From assembly GCA_002189035.1 (NCBI GenBank), contig NEEC01000004.1, positions 248,001-312,000 of the forward strand: 64,000 nt of DNA, written 5' to 3'. How positions within the stretch are numbered: position 1 is the stretch's first letter; every line of letters begins with the position of its first letter. The position numbers and the translations under genes were made by a program. This document shows, piece by piece, positions 1-12,078 of the stretch. The stretch is from Utricularia gibba (taxonomy: Eukaryota; Plantae; Magnoliophyta). The notes under the pieces were generated by a model. That model ran no database searches, was not told the DNA's origin, and was given only the letters and a program-made list of their open reading frames with translations.

Positions 1-13
1 CTACACATGAAAG

Positions 14-929
14 CTCGGTAGCTGGTCCAGATTGCTCACAGATCTCATTGACATTGATGATGGTACCAATTCTCCTAAAAATGATAGCAGCTCAGAAATG
101 GCTGATGATGATGAGAGAATGGGTTCTACTGAAATTTCGAAGTCATTTCATCTTCTTAATGCACTCAGTGATCTGATGATGCTCCCAAAGGACATGCTAC
201 TTAGCCAGACAATTAGACGAGAGGTTAAAGCTTATCCCTTAAACTCCTTGCGAAAGCCGCAATTATTTCTTTTCTCACGCAACCATCTTGTTGACTTCGC
301 TACCCCAGGTTTGTCCATCGTTTGCTCCACCTTTGATTACAAGGATTCTTAGCTCTTTCGTTCCGGACGAGTTCTGCGCTGACCCTATTCCAAGAGTTGT
401 ATTTGAAGCCTTGAACTCAGAGGTTGGTTTAGTTTTTTGCTGCTTTCCTGCCATGAAAATACGTGTTCTCTTGCTGCCTCTTTACCTATGATTTTGCATC
501 GCCGTCTGTGACAAATCCTACAACCCGTTTTAAGGTTTAAGGAGAAAAGGAACCACCATCTGTTGCCCGGCTGAACATCTATTGGCTCTGCTTTTACAGG
601 ATCCTTTCCATGCCGAAGGAGAATCAATCATGAGCATACCATGTGCAGCCAAACCGATAGTGTATCAGGCGCCATCATCTGCTTCAGTAAGCATATTCGC
701 AGAGACAGGCAAACATCCTGAACTATCTCGTACCGCATCTTCACTACTTCGCAAGTCGCAAACGAGTGACGATGAACTTGATGAACTCGATGACCCCCTG
801 AGCGCCGATATCACCGGAGGAAGTGGCGTTGTTTCTCCTTCAACTAAGCTCCCCTGGAGCTCAAACACGGGTAGCCGGAGCACAGCGAGGCACCATCTCC
901 TTCGCGAGGTATGGCTAAACAGACCATGA
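14..929 (+). CDS. 3' end (last 3 exons, approx 14-223, 309-422, 600-929) of a nucleolar protein gar2-related / NT-type C2 (EEIG1/EHBP1) family gene; 5' part lies outside the window
   Basis: Spliced translation LGSWSRLLTDL...LLNALSDLMMLPKDMLL...VCPSFAPPLITRILSSFVPDEFCADPIP...DELDELDDPL...LLREVWL matches the recalled family C-terminus; GT-AG junctions keep the frame. Confidence 0.8.
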
Positions 930-1635
930 GCAGACTCTACACGCTGTTCATAAGAAGATTTCTAAACATCCAGTACACCGTGGAGACTCCATATTGGGGT
1001 GGCACAAACTCAACAGCTTGTAACATTCTTTCAGAGGCTTCTCTGAGATATGAACAAGAATCACAACATCATGGAATCTAAGGCAGATTCCTTACATGTC
1101 TTTCTTTGTATAGATTTTTAGTATTTTTTTGTTCATGAAGGGGATGTCTGATGGAGGAGGAGGTACCTGTGTCAGCAGCATGTATGCGAAGTTCTCCATC
1201 CAAACAGCAGCCATTTTGGCTTGAGAATGAGACCCGCAGCAGCAGCAATTGACTGGAACCCGTCGGCAGAAAAACTTGCGTCATCACAGACGTGTCTTAA
1301 GCCCACGAAGCAGCCACGGCATTCACAACACCAACTGAAATCCGGGGATAAATATGATCAATTTAGTGAATTTATAATTAAATATAAATATAATATATTT
1401 TCCAAATATCAACACAAAATGTTTTTTTAAAAAAGATTATCATAAAAATAATTATTAAACATGATTTAAAGTTTCTAAATATATCTAGCATTCAAAAAAG
1501 TAGAAAATAAAAAAATAATATTTTCAACAGTATTTAAAACCCTTGTATTATTCCATTTGAATTTTGTATGAAAAATGAATACGATACCTTCGAGAAAATT
1601 GAAGATGTTACCTGCAATTTCTCTCCGTACACTTG

Positions 1636-1795
1636 TGGGCCCATTGGAATCCGTGTTACGCAATGGGCCCCACCTACGGTTGTCTCATCCACAACTTCCC
1701 GTACGCGCTTTTAGTGTACAAAATCAAAAACGGCTTTTGTTTTTTTATTTAAACAGCAGCTTCGTAGCGCTTTCGCGGTCTTTCTTCTTTATATA
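1636..1795 (+). promoter_or_regulatory. CML proximal promoter with candidate CAMTA (CGCG/CGTG) boxes, TGGGCC motifs and a TATA box
   Basis: CCGTGT 1651-1656, ACGCGC 1703-1708, two TGGGCCC near 1637 and 1665, TATATA 1790-1795; short motifs, so function is inferred only. Confidence 0.35.
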
Positions 1796-1853
1796 GCAAT
1801 CAACGGAAACGACCATCTGGCACCACAAAATCTCACATTCGCAGCCGATAACC

Positions 1854-2303
1854 ATGGATAAACAGCAACAGGAGCTGTACTCGCGAGTCTTCTCTCGGTT
1901 CGACGAGGACGGGGACGGGAGAATAAGCCCGGATGAGTTAAGAAGATGCATCGAGTCGATGGGGTGCGGCGGAGAAATGACAGAGGCGGAAGCGGAGGAG
2001 GCGGTGGCGCTGATGGACACCGACGGCGATGGGTTGCTGTGCTTCGAGGATTTCGTGAAAGTGGTGGAAGGGGTTGGGGAGGAAGAGAGGGACAGCGACC
2101 TGAAAGGGGCGTTCGCGATGTACGTGGAAGGGCCTGAGTGCGATTGCATAACACCCAAGAGTTTGAGGAGGATGCTGAGCAGACTGGGAGAGCGGCGAAG
2201 CGTCGATCAGTGCCGGAGTATGATCGCGCGGTTCGATCTCAACGGCGATGGTGTACTCAATCTCGATGAGTTCAAGGCCATGATGACCAAGTTTAGCTAC
2301 TAA
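1854..2303 (+). CDS. Calmodulin-like EF-hand calcium-binding protein (CML), intronless, 149 aa
   Basis: EF-hand loops DEDGDGRISPDE, DTDGDGLLCFED and DLNGDGVLNLDE plus a degenerate third loop (CDCITPKSL); TATATA at 1790-1795. Confidence 0.93.
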   Translation: MDKQQQELYSRVFSRFDEDGDGRISPDELRRCIESMGCGGEMTEAEAEEAVALMDTDGDGLLCFEDFVKVVEGVGEEERDSDLKGAFAMYVEGPECDCITPKSLRRMLSRLGERRSVDQCRSMIARFDLNGDGVLNLDEFKAMMTKFSY

Positions 2304-3919
2304 TCACGTACCAGGGAATACTTGGTGTTCCTTGTTTCTGCTCTGCTTCTTCCTCACGGGGAAGAAACAGACACGGGACATTGATTTCACCGTTGTATTC
2401 AATTCATTTATTTTTTTAATAAGTTAATATTCTTCCCCCAATCTAATAACCTAAATTTTAATTTTTTGAAATTTCGCCCCGCCTCGGCCCGTCGGGTCAA
2501 AACATGGCCCATGATTTCACGTCATCTTTGTGACTATTAGCATTGAGGCTCTGCTTTTCATATTAACTACTTCTTTTATATGAAAATATAAGGTTGATTT
2601 AAAATAATTTTAATAAAATTATGTTATTTAATATATAGATATAATTATACCAATTATATGGATATAATGATCATTTAGTATAGTTATATCGATATATTAA
2701 TTTTATATATAGATATATGTATACTCAATAAGGTATGGATATTTTTATATTTATATATTTAGATTTGTCTAAACTCAAATAATTTAAATGCATTAAGATG
2801 TAAATCGAGTAACCAAACAACATTAGTTTTGAGGTACCAGGTTGGTCTGGTGGCACACGCCTTGCAAGAGGACTAGTAAAACACACTGATGTTCATGTAC
2901 AGGAGGACTACAAGTCAAGTGTCACGTGTCTCCGTGTCGCCCGCTTCTGATGAAGACCAGACGGAAACTTGTTCGGTTATTTCTTGAAAAACAGACCCTG
3001 TGGAATACCTTCCCTTCTTTGACTGAAATTGTAGATGGCTGTGCTTGATGGGGAAGACAAGGAACTGTTTTTCTGCCATCCGCTTTCGTGCGTCTGTCTG
3101 TGCTCGAGCTTCTTTACACTTTCCTCTCTCCACCGTGTTTCTTGATTCCCAACTTCGCTGAACAAGCAGGAGTTGAAGAAGATGTTGGGAGAGATAAGAA
3201 GCTCGTTTCCAAAAACTATACAAGAGATTATATATGCATCGTGGTCTTCTTCTAGTTTCAACAAAGTAATCGTAAGTAGAGAGCAGACGTTTGATTGAAG
3301 AAGAAGATGAAATGACTCGAAAACAAAGGGAAAAAGGGTGAAGAAAGGGAAGAAATATATTGGCAATGGCAAGTCCACTGTGGTGACTCCTGTGAATGTG
3401 ATCCATTTTTCCAATTCTTCTGTTTCGTTTCAGAAGAAGAGGTGAAAAAATGTAAATCTCGGAAGCAAGAAACTTGTAGTCAAAACGGAGTCGTCGTCAA
3501 GAAAAGATTGAAGCTTTGACACGTTCTTGATGAGATGACTCCAGTAGAGAAAAACATCAAATGCTGACGAGTGTTTGATGAGAGTAACGCATGAAAAAAG
3601 AACAAAAAAAACTGTAGTGTGGAAAGAGAACAGTAACCATAGTTGCTAATGCATCAAACGCCGATGAGTGTTCCCAAAGAAAGCACCATACATGAGACAC
3701 TTCTGCAAAGTCACGTCACGACAAAGTATGGAAATATTCTTATCAGTTGAATCACCGGCCATAAGTATGCATCTAGCTTTTCGGAACTGAGAGGATACAT
3801 ATTTCTGGACACCTTCTATGTACACATACACATACACATCACTAACCCCGACAAACTTCAGACTTGCTCTGCTGCGCCGGGCTTCACTTCCACTTGATCC
3901 TGTAGAGCTGCTTACAGGT

Positions 3920-6900
3920 TCAGCTGCTGGCAGTGGGGCTGAAAGACATGCAGATGGGTGGGTTGATCCTGAAGATGGAAAGTATGGCCGAAGGTATTGT
4001 CCAAATGCCGTCACCGCATATCAAGCCGGAAGCAACCGCACCAGCATAGTCTTCAGCACTCTGACGATTCAGGTGTTCCCAGACAAAGAGAATCACTGTA
4101 CCAACAAACATGTCTATAGCGAAGTATGCTCCGATGTAGAATGGAACAGCCATTGCCATCGGAATAGGAATGAAGCGAGAAATCCGTTTTGGGGCTAAAT
4201 CTCTCAAAAGGTTTATCAAAAGTGCGGCGACAAAGAAGACACTGCTTATTGCCAGGCAGTGCTTGGGCAGTTCTGAGAAACCACTAACTCCCAAGATAGC
4301 CATTTCCCTGTAAATCACCGCATAAGGTGCCTTGTAGGGACTATCAGGCGATCCAATGTCGAAAGCGGTCCAGTAAAGCCAAAATGTCAATGGGGCAATA
4401 ATACAACCCATGGCTGTTCCAACCAACTGGCTCACAAACATAGACTTGGCAGACGAGAAAGTCAAATAACCTGTCTTAAAATCTTGCATCAAATCGGCTG
4501 CCGTCGAGACAATAGACATCATGACACCAGAAGCTGCTAATCCTGCTAAAACCCCACCTTTGCTCCCCACGATTGAAGTGATAGTAAATAAACCAATTTT
4601 CCCATATGTAGAAGCGAGGCTCCAGTCCGTCAGCCCAGTACCATACGAGTTGCAAAAGGCAAGAGCAGGGGCAATTATGTATGAACAGAGGACCAAATAC
4701 CACTTGAGAGGTGGAAATATCATTGGCACTGTAGCAGTGGATATTGCTGCAAACCCAACATATGCAGATGCCGCAAACCAAAAAGGAATTCCATCTTTAA
4801 GGAAAACTGCATCCCGTTTCCTTAGTTCAATGGACAACTTGGTAGTCTCTCCAACGACTGAAATATCAATTCGAAAAAATACTACATGATGGTCTGCTGC
4901 AGTGAGAAATATAACATAAGAGCTCCTCAAAAATATGTATACCTGCAAGTTGTTGAATTGTAGCAGAATTCTGAGACCTGCACATTTCCTTTGCAGTCAC
5001 AGCAATGATCTTTATCAAATTGTAAAGTCCATCACCAAGAATGAGAGAAATGGCTATGAAGACCTGTCTTACCATAATTTTTGTTAAGAATAAACAAAAG
5101 GTTGCTGCCACAACCCCATACACAAGAAGAAGCTATAAACTCACCTTGTATCCATAGAGACCTTTGAAGTCAGTAGAACCCAAATCACCCGGATACCAAT
5201 CACCTGCTTTCTGTGATATAAACGGCCATAAAAATCCCCAGGATATTATGGCTCCAAAAAGGACCGAGCAATTAACTATGTGAGGGCAAATAAGTCCACA
5301 TCCAACATATGTAGGACTGAAGTCGAAATAAAACCTGCATGACATATAGAAAGTTCACATAAGTGATGTCTAAGATTCAAATGGCATGAACAATATGTAG
5401 GGCAAAGACATGAGGGTTTACGTGTTTTTGAAGAGTGTTAACCCGAGACTAGGAAAATTGTCAAATCCACAAGAGTCTCCAACCCCACTAAAGAACCATT
5501 TGAAGAAACTCCAGCAGAAACTTAGGCTCAAATACTTCCCAAGAGAAGAAACTTGTTGTCTGCAAGGAAGGACGGAACTTTAGATTCTCATCAACACAGT
5601 TAAACAACAAATTGTGCCAGAGATTTCTGACAACCTGGCAAGTTCAGCGCCAGAGCTTGTATGGAAACTGTTGATCAGCATTGCCGTGGCAGTTCCACTA
5701 GGATATGTCAGCTTATAACCCAATACCATAACCTGTATGTCATACATAAAATACAACAATTGAACATTGTTTTAACAGAGATACATTTATCACACTGGAT
5801 AAAGAAAAACGAAGTCGCTCAGGTTTTGTCTTCTGTTTCAAGCACAAAACGAAGCCACTCAGGATTTGGAAAAAGAAGGTATTGTCAGGATCTGGGAGGA
5901 TCTGTGGGGAGATGGACAGGCAGACTTAAGGAGGAGTTTCCAGATTTTGTAATGCAATGCGCATCACGCATGACAAACACAACGTTGGAGGAGGTGGCGG
6001 AATGGATTTCTAAGAATATATTGACTGTAGATCAGAGTCAGATTACTAGCCAAAGGAAGGAACTATACAAGAGATCACTAGAGAAAGAACTGGATGAGAC
6101 TGCTGAGCAATCACAAGCTATTCAGTTTGTTGCCAGGGAGAAAAATGTTGGTGAAAGAGGACAGGCAAGATATCATTTTTGATACATGCCAAACAAAAAA
6201 ATTGAACAAGTAGCAGTTACATAATTTTACAAAAAAAAATGCCAATTTAGGGTAGGTAGGGTATAATAACAACTTACCTTACGAAGAGGCACAAGACTGA
6301 ATAATCCCAGAAAGCTCACAACAAAAAGAAAGCCCATCATCCATAGCAACCCAGGGTTCTTCACATCTTCAGCTCGATTACCGGGAGAGTCTTTACCAAT
6401 AATTTCGTAGGTCTTCTCATCCATAGCAAGCAAATAAGAGCCAAATCCCCCTGTTGGTTAAATTACAAATCCACAAAACAAAATTAAGCACTTCGAATCA
6501 CTTAAAAAATATTATCTTGGTTGCTTCTAGTTTTTAGAAAGCAGTCTTCCTTTATTGCGGACACAAACCGTGATTGATTCAATGCTCTGCATATAACCCA
6601 ACATACTACTAGAAAAAAAAAAAAAGCAGAGGATGTCGACCGCCATAACTTTAAAAATGTTGCCCCTTTTAGGTTAAATAAAGATCCTTTGCAACTATAT
6701 GGGAAAAGGAAGATCCATACCGCTGAAAGCGAGACCATAGCAAGCAACAACACAGGTTTGGATAACGGTATTCTCTTGGCGTGTAAAGGGTTTAACCAAA
6801 ACTCCCAACTTGGACATAAGGCCAGTCCAGGATTTGATGAAGAAAAAACCCAGTAGACCAGCAGCAACATTAAGCGAAGGGATGATACCAACAGTAAGAT

Positions 6901-7108
6901 TCAGCTTGTGGGTGATGATACAAAAAAGCGTCCCCAACAAAGCGCTCACCAACAGCCCCCTGATCGTAATCTGATCTTTCCATTCCGGTATGGACTCACT
7001 TCCCAAACCATCACCCTCCTCAACGGCTTCAATTTTAGCGGCAACCTCCTCATCGACAACCAGCAGAGGCTCCGATATCTCAACCACAGTCGTTTGCTCA
7101 GTTCCCAT
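3920..7108 (-). CDS. YSL6: Metal-nicotianamine transporter, YELLOW STRIPE-LIKE 6 type (OPT family); 7 exons approx 7108-6721, 6450-6278, 5732-5635, 5559-5422, 5334-5145, 5063-4943, 4857-3920
   Basis: MGTE...[13 protein letters not shown]...[24 protein letters not shown]...[20 protein letters not shown]; C-terminal [32 protein letters not shown]; canonical GT-AG junctions. Confidence 0.93.
5800..6180 (+). mobile_element. Degenerate LINE (L1) ORF2 C-terminal fragment in YSL6 intron 2, antisense to the gene
   Basis: Two adjacent frames give [13 protein letters not shown] then LKEEFPDF, resembling the plant L1 motif G..VRFWEDxW.G...LKE.FP.L upstream of zf-RVT; purine-rich block unlike the rest of the intron. 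Confidence 0.5.
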
Positions 7109-8479
7109 TCAACAGATAAATTTGGATGAAAGAATGAACCTTAGCTTCCTAATTGGCATCGAAATACATCGACCCGATCGCCGATTCCCAAGGAAATTGG
7201 ACCTTACGTCACGCAAACAAATGCCTACCGAAATCAACGGCAACAGCCCACAGGCCCAATGTTAAATTTGAAAATTATATGTAAAATACCTATATTTTAT
7301 ACAAAATTAATACTTTAATTCAAATAATAATATTATAATTAAGAATAATACATGTATATTTTGATACAATAAATAAAAAATATTGATAAATTCTATACAT
7401 AAAAAAACAAAATAAAGATATGTTATACAATAAAAGTTGGAGGAGAATTGGGAATGTTCATGGGTTTTTACACAAGAATATCAACGAAAATAAAAAAGAA
7501 CTGTAAAATTTATATCATATGTCACACTTTGGATGATTAGGAATCGAAGAAATGAAATACGTTTTAGATAAGCTATATGCTCTTCAATAGAACTATTCAA
7601 ATAAATATAATTTATAAGTTATTAATGGATAATAATATTAAAATTGGAAAAGAGGATAAAGAGGAGTTCGGGCCATAAAGATGTCAAATAACTTGTTAGC
7701 CCATTTAGTTAATGAAACTCGAGTTTGGGCCATAAATATAGTTAATGAAACTATATTTATCAATGGTGATAAATATAACAATAAATATTTTAAAAAAATC
7801 AAAATATATAGATGCTTCAATATTAAATTTTAGCTTCAGTTTAGTTCTTTTTTCTTAATTTTTATTGTTAAAAAATATAAATGATTTATATTTAATATCG
7901 AAATTATTTCTTAAACATGTTGTTCAAAGTAGACGACAAACATAATTTCAAGAGGCGGTCAGAGTCACAGAGTGAATCATAAATCTACTTAAAGGTGTGT
8001 GTGGCTGCCCAGAAACTTCCAAGCGAGAAAATGGGGTGAGCAATTATTGACGACAAAGAACCAACATGAGGCTGCTGTAGGAATTTCAAAGTAAAAAATG
8101 TTGGCCTGGGTTTTGGTTTTCACGGTGGCGCAGCGCAACATTGAATTGAACTGACTTTTTCCCTTTGGGGTTATTTCTGGTCTGCGACGTGTTCTTAGTT
8201 TAATTGGGTGGACACACTGCCTACATCCGATTTGCTGGTCTTTCCTGAGATGAATGCTGACTTCAAGATAGGCTTTAAACATCCTTTAAAGTTGAAACCA
8301 CACATCCATCGTCAAATCCAATGATCAGATACTTATAATCATCTTCTCCAGAAAAAACAAAACCCATGTCCTAATGCTTAATCCACCATCCTCATTCCAG
8401 AGCACGATCTGGGCATCCATGAATACGTTTAGGACACGAGTAACTAACTGATCTTTCTCTCGATGTGGAGTTCCCTAAG

Positions 8480-8900
8480 GTGTGGCCCGGAGGGGAAGGA
8501 TCCTGGGTAGCGGCATGGGAAATGATCCTTCTCCTGCGGAGGAGATGGATCCGTGGCACCAAATGTTGGATAAAAAGTCAAGCTTTCTTGGTCTAGAGCA
8601 TTCAAGGAACCAACTTGGTCCCGATGCCTCGGTGTTATTATACCAATTTTATATATTTTTTAGCACTGAGATCTTCTCTGAGTCTATGGCTATGGCGTTA
8701 GCTGAGGAAGTGCGCGAACAACGTTACAACAACCAAATCTGGGTCGGGTATTCGAAGCCAACTTCGCATCTCCTACCAATCCAATGGGCTTCTGGTCATT
8801 GTCGATAGGAGGCTTGTGATCACTGCTGATCCCTACTGTCAGCACAGAAAGATATAACTTGCACCGGGCGGGCACCTAAAGCACCATGCAAAGAAGTAGA
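8480..8900 (+). mobile_element. Degenerate LINE (L1) ORF2 3' / zf-RVT remnant
   Basis: GRILGSGMGND...MDPW resembles GR.LL..G....IGNG...W.DPW; QIW and DRRLVITADPYCQH resemble the zf-RVT RR.I..DP.C..C; broken by frameshifts. Confidence 0.4.
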
Positions 8901-9337
8901 TGAACACGGGATTACAAGAATCCAAACCTAGTGATTAGGGTTTGCTTTACGTGATGGATGTTGTTGTGGCTTGGTCAACACTTACCCCATAAAATGTATC
9001 GAATTTAGACGGCAAAAAGCATCGATCTTTGATTCTAGCAGAGGGTCACCGATTCACCATGTGGTTCTAATTGCGAGTACCGAAACGATTTCTATGCATA
9101 AGTATGAGTAAAAAGTTGGGATAAGCAGATTAGATATTGGAGCATTGGGTAGGGTTAGAGATAGGTTAGAGTGTGAGTGGACAATATCCACAGAAGCTTA
9201 GTTTGTCACGTAAACTCGAGTTGGGCTTAATCGGCTATATATTTAAGTCTCTTCACAGCTCCCATCACCATCTCCTCTGTTGAAAGTTCTAGGGGCTTGC
9301 TGCTGGATTCTACTGTATTTTCCATCCCTAATCAGTG

Positions 9338-10580
9338 ATGGCTGGAGATGGAGAAAATCAACCTGCAGCCAACGGTGAGTTTGGATCTTGTTTCTTGAGG
9401 TTAATAGAGCATGATCATTTGAAGTTCTTCAGATTCTTAAGCAGATGAGTAAAGGGTGGCAATCTGATGTTATTTCGCAGGTGGGGTAGCTGATGAAACC
9501 CAAAAAGGATCCGCCTATGCTTGTCTAAAGCAATACAAATGGTGGATCCAGATGGTGTTTTATTCCGTGCTTGTGCTTGCCGGGCAATCGGCCGGGACTC
9601 TGTTAGGGAGAATATACTTCGAAAACGGAGGGAACAGTGAGTGGTTGCAGAGTCTGGTTCAAGCAGCAGGGTTCCCTGTTCTGTTCCCATTCCAATGGCT
9701 TCACAGAACTAAGAAGGAGGACCCCTTAGAAGCCATCACGACGAAAGCATCTCCGATGGTTCTCGCGGCGATCTACACCGGCCTCGGAATCCTTGTTGCC
9801 CAGAATTGTATGATGTACGCAATCGGCACGCAGTACCTGCCCGTGACGACCTTCACACTAATATGCGCTACACAATTGGCATTCAACTCTGTTTTCTCTT
9901 ACTTCATCAATCAACAGAAGTTCACTCCGTACATAGTGAACTCTGTGGTCCTCCTCACGATCTCCTCCGTCCTCCTCATCTTCCAATCAAAGTCCGGGGA
10001 TGCTGGAACCTCCCAAACATCAAACAAGAAGTATATAATAGGGTTCATATGCACCCTGGCAGCCTCCGCGAGCTGGGCCCTGATGCTCTCCCTGACGCAG
10101 CTAGCTTTCAGCAAGGTCATAAAGAGAGAAACCTTCGAAACCGTGATCGACATGTCGATCTACCAATGCCTTGTTGGTTCTATTCTGTTGATGATAGGGG
10201 TGTTTGCTAGCGGTGATTGGAAGAACCTCTCTACAGAAATGATGGAGTTCAAACAGGGGAGACTCGCCTACGTGATGAACCTGTTCTGGACAGCGCTTTC
10301 TTGGCAATTGTTCCAAGTGGGAAATGTGGGGTTGATATTCAGAGTCTCGTCGTTGTTCTCCAATGTCATTCAGATACTGGGGCTCCCCATAGTCCCGATT
10401 CTGGCTGTCATAGTTCTGAAAGATACCTTCACCGGATTGAAGGGCATTTCTATGGTTTTAGCGATGTGGGGATTCGTTTCTTACATGTATGAGTACTATC
10501 TGGATCACTTGAAGATGAAGCAGATCAAGGCCTCTGATACCCCAGTTGCAGCAGACAGCGATGCAAGCAGTCGTGTATAA
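9338..10580 (+). CDS. Purine permease (PUP family), intact; exons 9338-9374 and 9481-10580
   Basis: KWWIQMVFYSVLVLAGQSAGTLLGRIYFENGGNSEWLQSLVQAAGFP...LPVTTFTLICATQLAFN...FSYFINQQKFTP...LFSNVI...LPIVPILAV...GFVSYMY; phase-1 GT-AG intron. Confidence 0.93.
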
Positions 10581-12078
10581 AGAAGGCTGCAACCTGAGCA
10601 AGAGAGCCCCTGCTGGATAAGTGAATCAAGTTTTTCACCTCAATTATACAGATCGGTGGATGTAATATGGACAATGAACACCACTTACTGAAACTACGCA
10701 AAACAATCAAACTGTATGATTATAGATGTAGCAAAATGGCCGAGAGGTCTCTTAGAAGAAGCTATGCACACCAGTTTAAAGTTCCCCGAAAATGTAGCCT
10801 GGTGGCGGTTCTGAGTTCTCTAGAAGAGGCTTAGGGATCGATTTGAAATATTTTTGCCTTAAAAATCTTGTTATTATCTACAGTGATTGTTGATGGTTTC
10901 TGCATCGCTTGCAGAATGCTTGGCTTTGGTCTCCCCTTAGAAGCTTCTTCTTCGATTGCATCATCCCAGTGCAACAGTAGTCACCATTGAAGCATGTGGG
11001 CTGGGCGAGGAAATCAGCCCATAGACATCATGGGCTTATGGTTACTCCGGAAGCCCAAAAAACCCAATAAGCCCCAATGAGTGATTATATATCTGACTTG
11101 TTTAAGATTTAAATCATATGGTTTAGGATATAAGGGGAGTTCATGTATTTAGAATTAAAATATATTTTATATATAATTACTTAGTTATGTAGAATTGCAC
11201 GAACTGTGGTTTTAAATTGTTAATAAGGTTTAAAATAAAATATTATTTTTCTTATGTGTAGAAAGTTTAAAAAACTCTAATGTTAACACTTTAGAAAAAT
11301 TAATCCATATTTTTCTAGTATAAATGTTATATTCATCATTACTGAAAAAATTAATTTCCAAAGTTTCATGCGTAAGATATAATTAATCTCCAAAGTTTGT
11401 CATCAAAGTTTTTTATTTTTCATTATTTGAATATCAAATATAATTAATCTCTATTATTAATTGGAGATTAATTTTTTAAAATTTTTTAAAGAATTGGGTA
11501 CTAGTAATACCAATTATTTTAAATAGTGAAGATTTATATCAAACTATTTATGTAAATAATGGATACTGAATTATTGAAAATCAATGAAAACTATTTTTTT
11601 TAATTTTTATGTGAACTAATAAGAACATTAGTAAAAATGAAAGTCAACGGCATCGAAATTATTAAGCGTCATAACTCATGAGGAGGACAAACCCTAACTG
11701 AGTAGTGATACAATCTTGAAAGTTAAAACTGTGTTCGACAGCAGCCGTATAATCTTGAATCTGAAATAGGGCTTTTGGCCACTGTTTATAGGACACGTAG
11801 TACGGATCATTTGCATCCGTACTACAAGTGGTGGATTCAGCTAGTGTATGCTACGAGATCCTCAGTAACACTCACTCCGATACGAATTGTACAATCCCTG
11901 AGTCTTGGTTGAAAGTAAATGCGGGTTTAAGGCATGGCTTTGATTCTTGGATCGCCTTTACTCCACTCCCTTTGACTAGAAATGATGCACTGTTATTTAG
12001 TTTTGTAATCTTGCTCTTCATGCCCATGTTTCAGAATACAGGATCCTTGTTGCTCCAAGTGTTTTTCGTCTTTATTAC

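Noticed and set aside
1078-1430. Short ORFs in a GC-normal patch downstream of the gar2-like gene
   Set aside because: No recognisable motif in any frame; could be UTR or chance
1745-2158. Antisense and alternative-frame ORFs over CML (and similar shadows over YSL, PUP, TSO2, RNE, MATE)
   Set aside because: Typical shadow ORFs of GC-rich or biased real coding sequence
2830-2900. tRNA A-box-like GGTTGGTCTGGTGG
   Set aside because: No B-box (GTTCRA) or cloverleaf follows; not a supportable tRNA or SINE
9140-9175. Telomere-like gggtagggttagagataggttagag
   Set aside because: Too short and degenerate to call an interstitial telomeric repeat
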